A stretch of DNA of 64,000 bases from Arcobacteraceae bacterium. Its GTDB lineage: Bacteria > Campylobacterota > Campylobacteria > Campylobacterales > Arcobacteraceae. Shown here one piece after another: positions 59,007-64,000 of the stretch. The notes beneath the pieces are model-generated. The model had not been told where the DNA came from. It searched no databases and was given only the letters and a program-made list of their open reading frames with translations. The stretch lies in assembly GCA_965224485.1 (NCBI GenBank), contig CBDCZH010000018.1, positions 43,603 through 107,602 of the forward strand, given 5' to 3'. Numbering within the stretch: position 1 is the first letter of the stretch; each line of letters begins with the position of its first letter. The position numbers were made by a program, and so were the translations under genes.

Positions 59007-59393
59007 TTATTTTCCTGTTTTATCAAATTCTCTTGCAAAACCTTCTAGGTTTTTCTTTTTTAAATCACCATTATAAATTATATCTTCTGGTTTAATATCT
59101 CGTTCATGTAAAATAATTGGAACAGCGTCTGAGTTTTCTAATACTTCCATATGTGCATCTAATTCATCTTCACTATAAGCCATTTGCATATCTGCTGCTA
59201 TTACATGAGGTATTGCTTCAATTACTTTTAGTTTTTTTAACTCTTCTTCAACCCCAGAACCTTCAATCGTAATAATGATTCTTCCTAATTCATCATGTAA
59301 ATGATAATCACAAGCTTCACATTTTTTTAAAGATTCTACTACTTCTTCTAGATATTCTGGTACGGTTTGAACTACTATACTTGATACATTCAT
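59007..59393 (-). CDS. napD: NapA chaperone NapD
   Basis: MNVSSIVV, GRIIITIEG; position in the nap operon. Confidence 0.9.
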   Translation of the reverse strand: MNVSSIVVQTVPEYLEEVVESLKKCEACDYHLHDELGRIIITIEGSGVEEELKKLKVIEAIPHVIAADMQMAYSEDELDAHMEVLENSDAVPIILHERDIKPEDIIYNGDLKKKNLEGFAREFDKTGK

Positions 59394-60364
59394 TTTATTT
59401 CCTTTAATTTCCAATAATTTATTATCTCATCATCACTTGCAGTAAATAACTCATTTTCACTTATAAAAATAATTTTGTTAAGTGTTGTTTTTGTTCCTCT
59501 AAGTGTATAAAGATTTTGCTTTGTACTTCTTTTAAAAACACTTATATTATTATCCTCATCATTCGCATATGCAACTAAATTTCCTTGCGGACTTAAAGCA
59601 ACTGAATATATTAAAAAACTTGCCATTTTATAGTATGAACTGTTTTTGTTCTTATCATATACTACACATCTTCTATCTTGTCCAGCTGTTGCTATAAAGG
59701 AGTTCTTGAAATCTATTTGAAAAACATTATCAAGATTTTTCCCTTCATATCGTTTTTGTATTTTGCCAGTTTTTACATCTATTTGTTTTAAATCACCACT
59801 TTCATCAGCAAGAATAAGAGTGTTTTTTTCTTCATTTAAAGCAAAATCAGAAAACTTTGAGTGCGAAACTTGTATCTCCCAAAGAGTTTTTTTATTTTTT
59901 ATATCATATAAAAACATTTGATTACTAAGAAGTGAAAAAATTATCAAATCTTCATTAATAAACTTAGCTTTTGCAATAAACATTTTACTTTTTTCACTAA
60001 TTATAAGACTTAATGTGTTATTTTCGTGTATATAAATTCTTCTAAAACCTTTTTTCCCTTGTGAGGTGATTAAAATTTTATCTTTTAAAATATCAATAGA
60101 ATAAACTTTTGAATCAATAATATCTCCTACAAAATCTTTTACTTTTGGGAGTTTAATTGTTTTTATAAGTTTTTGTGTTCTTAAATCAAAAATATCCACA
60201 GCACTTGAACTTGTTGCTGCATATAAGTAAGGTTTTTTATATACTAAATCAATTACTGAAGCACTTGCTTTAAAACTTTTACTTGCTTTTAAATTTTTAA
60301 TATCTTTTGCAAAAAGAATATTTACAAGAACTAATATAAGTAAAATATATTTTATTTTATACAT
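59390..60364 (-). CDS. napL: WD40-repeat periplasmic protein NapL
   Basis: DESG, NLDNVF, TAGQDRR, FLIYSVALSP; between napF and napD. Confidence 0.85.
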   Translation of the reverse strand: MYKIKYILLILVLVNILFAKDIKNLKASKSFKASASVIDLVYKKPYLYAATSSSAVDIFDLRTQKLIKTIKLPKVKDFVGDIIDSKVYSIDILKDKILITSQGKKGFRRIYIHENNTLSLIISEKSKMFIAKAKFINEDLIIFSLLSNQMFLYDIKNKKTLWEIQVSHSKFSDFALNEEKNTLILADESGDLKQIDVKTGKIQKRYEGKNLDNVFQIDFKNSFIATAGQDRRCVVYDKNKNSSYYKMASFLIYSVALSPQGNLVAYANDEDNNISVFKRSTKQNLYTLRGTKTTLNKIIFISENELFTASDDEIINYWKLKEIK

Positions 60365-60365
60365 C

Positions 60366-60848
60366 TTAAGTAACCTTTATACTAATAGCATCAGTAGGAC
60401 AAACGTTTAGGCAAAAACCACAAACCGTACAGCTTTTATTTATTTCTGGTCTAAACATTGCTAAAAAAGTGATTGCTTCATCATCACAGGGGTCTTTACA
60501 AGAAAAACACATTGTTTTATTCCAAGAAAGACACTTTAAAATATCAATGCTAATATTTGCAGTAATATTTTTTTTATTTGAAATACTTAAAACTGTACTT
60601 GGACAATGTTTTGCACATAAATCACAGTAAGTGCAGCCATTTTTAGAAAAATCTAATTTTGGAGTAGAATCTTCTTGTATTATAATTATTTGTTCTTCAC
60701 AAAAAGTGGCACATATACCTTCACAAGATATACACTCTTTGAGAAAATCAGAGTTTTCATCATAATAAGGAGGTCTTAGTATTAACTCTTGCTTTTTCTC
60801 TTTTTTTAAAGGAAAAGCAAGAGAACTAAATAGTTCTCTTCTTTCCAT
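60366..60848 (-). CDS. napF: Ferredoxin-type protein NapF
   Basis: RPP and several CxxC clusters. Confidence 0.88.
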   Translation of the reverse strand: MERRELFSSLAFPLKKEKKQELILRPPYYDENSDFLKECISCEGICATFCEEQIIIIQEDSTPKLDFSKNGCTYCDLCAKHCPSTVLSISNKKNITANISIDILKCLSWNKTMCFSCKDPCDDEAITFLAMFRPEINKSCTVCGFCLNVCPTDAISIKVT

Positions 60849-60852
60849 TATT

Positions 60853-61446
60853 TTACTCTACACCCTCATTGATATTATCAATTAAGTTTGATTGTGCATT
60901 TAAGTTTGTGCCTCTAAAGTCAGCTTCAAAAGTATTTTCTACTAATTGACCTGTACTTTGTGGTGCATGACATTGACTACAATTATATCTAGCTCCTGAT
61001 AAAGAACTTAGAGCTTGCGAACCAATTTTAAAATCACTTGTATTATCAACTTCAGCCCCATTTTTAGTAATTTTACCATTACTAGCTAATGCAGTTGTTG
61101 GTCTAAAATCAGTAAAGTGAGTTTGAGGAATAGCAGTTGCACCCATAGATGAAGCAACAGCTGGTTCATGACAACCTGTACAAGAGTTATTATCTATTGT
61201 AATTGGTAACATTCCTTCTACATCATGAGGAATCATTGGAGGTGCATTTTCAAATGATCTTGCAATCATTTTAGACTCACCAGCCATTACTTTTGAATAA
61301 GTAGTTTTATCGCCAGTAATCTTGCTTTCATCAAAAGCACTATCTTTTCTTAGACTTAAAGATTCATCACTATATTGTGTAGTACACCCAGTGATAAACA
61401 AAGCCGTAGCAGTAGCTAAACCTAAAGCTATATTTTTTAAGTTCAT
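60853..61446 (-). CDS. napB: Nitrate reductase diheme cytochrome c subunit
   Basis: RSFENAPPMIPH, CTGCH, RYNCSQCHAPQ. Confidence 0.95.
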   Translation of the reverse strand: MNLKNIALGLATATALFITGCTTQYSDESLSLRKDSAFDESKITGDKTTYSKVMAGESKMIARSFENAPPMIPHDVEGMLPITIDNNSCTGCHEPAVASSMGATAIPQTHFTDFRPTTALASNGKITKNGAEVDNTSDFKIGSQALSSLSGARYNCSQCHAPQSTGQLVENTFEADFRGTNLNAQSNLIDNINEGVE

Positions 61447-61456
61447 TTTCTTTCTC

Positions 61457-62266
61457 CTAATTTTTTAATTTTTTAATTGAAAAGTTTAAAGCATCATCAT
61501 CACATACTTCTATACATCTAGCACAGTTAGTACACTCCCCACTTAAAACAGGAAGAGACTCTTTTGTAATCATATGTAAAACTTGACTCTCCGGACAAAT
61601 ATCTTTACATTTCATACAAGCTGTACAATTATCAGCATCATGATGAACTCTTATAAAACTAAACTTTCCTATAAGTGAATGAACTCCACCTAAAGGACAT
61701 ATATGACCACACCAGCCATTTTTTAAAACAAATAGATCAAATAGAAATATTACTAACATAGCAGCCCAACCAAAACCTAGACCAAATATTAAACCTCTGT
61801 ATACCATAGATACAGGTGAGATTAATTCAAATGCAGTAAGTCCCATAAAAAATGAGATTACAAGAGAAATCGCAATTACAAAATATCTTATATTTCTACT
61901 AGCAGGTTGTTTTTTTTGAATTTGATTAAATCCAAGTTTTGCTCTTAAGAAGTTTGCTAAGTCTGTAATCATATTTACAGGACAAACCCAAGAACAAAAA
62001 GCACGACCGCCTATAGTCATATAAAAAACTGTAATAATAAGTGCTCCTAAGATTACATCAAAGCTTAAAACTGCACCACTTGCAAGCATTTGAAGTACTG
62101 CATATGGATCACTTAAAGGAATTATTCCTAAAATAAGTGATGAGCTTAAATTGCCATTTAACCAATTTAAACCATATATATTTGTTAGTATATATAAAGC
62201 CATAATTGATATTTGAGATATTCTTCTTAAGATGAGGTATCTGTTTTTTGCTAATATTTTAATCAT
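61457..62266 (-). CDS. napH: Quinol dehydrogenase membrane component
   Basis: GRAFCSWVCP, GWCGHICPLG, two 4Fe-4S motifs. Confidence 0.95.
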   Translation of the reverse strand: MIKILAKNRYLILRRISQISIMALYILTNIYGLNWLNGNLSSSLILGIIPLSDPYAVLQMLASGAVLSFDVILGALIITVFYMTIGGRAFCSWVCPVNMITDLANFLRAKLGFNQIQKKQPASRNIRYFVIAISLVISFFMGLTAFELISPVSMVYRGLIFGLGFGWAAMLVIFLFDLFVLKNGWCGHICPLGGVHSLIGKFSFIRVHHDADNCTACMKCKDICPESQVLHMITKESLPVLSGECTNCARCIEVCDDDALNFSIKKLKN

Positions 62267-63059
62267 TTAACAATCCTTCTAATCCACTATTCAATGAATC
62301 TAAGGCTGATTTCTCGCTTATTTTTGTTTTTGTTATTTCACTTGTTGCATTTTCTAATCTCTTTTCATCATTTTTATCCCAACCCTTAATATAATAATCA
62401 CCAGCACGACCAAGGGCAACTTCTCTTGGAAGTATAAAAATTGCTGCTTTTTGCGTAACACAGGCTCTTTCACATAAACCACAGCCTGTACATATATCAG
62501 CATGAATAACGGGTTTCATTAAAGCATGTTTCCCTGTTCTTTCATTTTTTGTATACTCAATCGTAATTGCCTCTCCTAAAATAGGACAGGCTCTGTAACA
62601 GGCATCACATTGTATGCCCCAAAAAGCAATACAGCTTTCATCATCAATTACAGCAACTCCCATTTGTGCCAGATTTATATCAAGTTCTTCTTCCTTGTTT
62701 TGTAAGCTTAAAATATCTAAAGCTCCTGTAGGACATACAGGAACACAAGGTATTTCATTACACATATAACAAGGAATATCTCTAGGAATAAAAAATGGTG
62801 TTCCAAGAGGTTTATTATCTCCAGGCTTAGCTAGCATTAATGTATCAAAAGGACATGCTTGAACACACATTCCACACTTAATACAAGTACTTAAAAAATC
62901 TTCTTCTTTTATAGCTCCTGGTGGTCTTAGTAGAAGTTTTGATGCTGATACTTCATCAACATATGCACTCCATGTAAGACCACCTAGAACTGCAAGTCCT
63001 GCAGCTCTAGCCATTGATAGGAAAAATCTTCTTCTGCTAGATATAGCGCCTGTTTTCAT
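62259..63059 (-). CDS. napG: Ferredoxin-type protein NapG
   Basis: Tat motif SRRRFF, LRPPGA, four Fe-S motifs. Confidence 0.95.
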   Translation of the reverse strand: MKTGAISSRRRFFLSMARAAGLAVLGGLTWSAYVDEVSASKLLLRPPGAIKEEDFLSTCIKCGMCVQACPFDTLMLAKPGDNKPLGTPFFIPRDIPCYMCNEIPCVPVCPTGALDILSLQNKEEELDINLAQMGVAVIDDESCIAFWGIQCDACYRACPILGEAITIEYTKNERTGKHALMKPVIHADICTGCGLCERACVTQKAAIFILPREVALGRAGDYYIKGWDKNDEKRLENATSEITKTKISEKSALDSLNSGLEGLLND

Positions 63060-63073
63060 ATTTCTTTTACCTT

Positions 63074-64000
63074 TTATGCTTTGTAAACGTTAACAGCACA
63101 TTTTTTAAAGTCTGTTTGTTTTGATTGTGGACAAGTATAATCAGCACAAACTTTATTTATAAATACTTTTTCATCAAACCATGGTACAAATAACAGACCT
63201 CTTGATGGTCTATTTCTACCTTTTGTTTCAACTCTAGCTTTAACTTTTCCACGTCTTGATTCAACCCAAGCTAATTCGCCTCTTTTAACACCAAATTTTT
63301 TGGCATCTTCTGGGTGCATATAACATAAAGCTTCTGGAACTGCTCTATATAATTCTGGAACTCTCATAGTCATAGTTCCTGAATGCCAGTGTTCTAAAAC
63401 TCTACCAGTACTCATCCACATTGGATATTTTTCATCTGGCATTTCTGGTGCATCCATATAAGGACGTGCAAAGATTTTTGCTTTGTTTTTTAAGCTTACT
63501 TTTTTAGAATCTTTTATACCACGTAAATCACCTTGTTTAAGTGCTTTAGCTAATGTTCCATAAAAAGCAAAATCTGTTCCAGGTTTACCATATTTTTTTG
63601 CATATGGATCGTATTTAGTATTAAATCTCCATTGAGTCTCTTTACCATCAACAACAGGCCATTTTAAACCTCTAACTCTGTGATAAGTATCAAAATCAGC
63701 TAAATCATGTGCATGACCTCGTCCAAAATCGGCATACTCTTCAAATAAATACTTATGAATAAAGAAACCATAACCTTTGAATTCTTTTCCATCTGATCCT
63801 ATAACAGCTCTTGAATCTCCATTACACTCTGAGTTATCATACCCAGCTTGAATTGGATCTTCTAAATCAATTTTATAAGATTTTGCTTTTTCATTTGCAA
63901 ATAAAATGTCATACATTGTTGTATTTTCATCATATCCTAAGGCTTGAACTGAACCTGTAACATCTTTAAGTTTTTTACCATTTCTAAGAGTATGGACCCC
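63074..64000 (-). CDS. napA: Periplasmic nitrate reductase catalytic subunit (5' part outside window)
   Basis: [42 protein letters not shown]. Confidence 0.97.
   Translation of the reverse strand, partial: GVHTLRNGKKLKDVTGSVQALGYDENTTMYDILFANEKAKSYKIDLEDPIQAGYDNSECNGDSRAVIGSDGKEFKGYGFFIHKYLFEEYADFGRGHAHDLADFDTYHRVRGLKWPVVDGKETQWRFNTKYDPYAKKYGKPGTDFAFYGTLAKALKQGDLRGIKDSKKVSLKNKAKIFARPYMDAPEMPDEKYPMWMSTGRVLEHWHSGTMTMRVPELYRAVPEALCYMHPEDAKKFGVKRGELAWVESRRGKVKARVETKGRNRPSRGLLFVPWFDEKVFINKVCADYTCPQSKQTDFKKCAVNVYKA

Overview
AT-rich chromosomal window from a Campylobacterota organism, most consistent with Arcobacteraceae (napAGHBFLD order, Fur-type boxes, gene content). It has three parts. (1) A ~41 kb iron-acquisition region around serS. 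It holds a TtpB/TtpC/ExbB/ExbD/TonB2/TtpD system, a FecI/FecR/TonB-dependent transducer module and a second receptor-PepSY-feoAB operon. It also holds a large Fur-boxed cluster: FTR1, FAD oxidoreductase, two imelysins, DHOR, desaturase, MauG-like peroxidase, a GT-C-like protein, a 674 aa secreted unknown and a 1128 aa cytochrome b/beta-propeller/hexaheme fusion. (2) A ~13 kb defence/accessory island (43.7-56.7 kb) with RelE/ParE and HipBA toxin-antitoxin pairs, YhcG, a TIR fragment, a Lamassu system, an integron-type cassette with no integrase in the window, and an AAA-DUF4143 ATPase. The island is interleaved with five full or partial copies of a ~500-660 bp non-coding, highly structured repeat that shows compensatory base changes and mirror-image pseudoknot-like ends. 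(3) The 3' part of the periplasmic nitrate reductase (nap) operon. Two unannotated promoter motifs link the TonB2 operon to both receptor operons: TGTCCG-N16-CGT, and TGCTTGTC exactly 38 nt from a Fur box. Several genes are split by single-base indels, mostly in homopolymers, which look like sequencing errors. All calls come from reading the sequence; no database searches were run.
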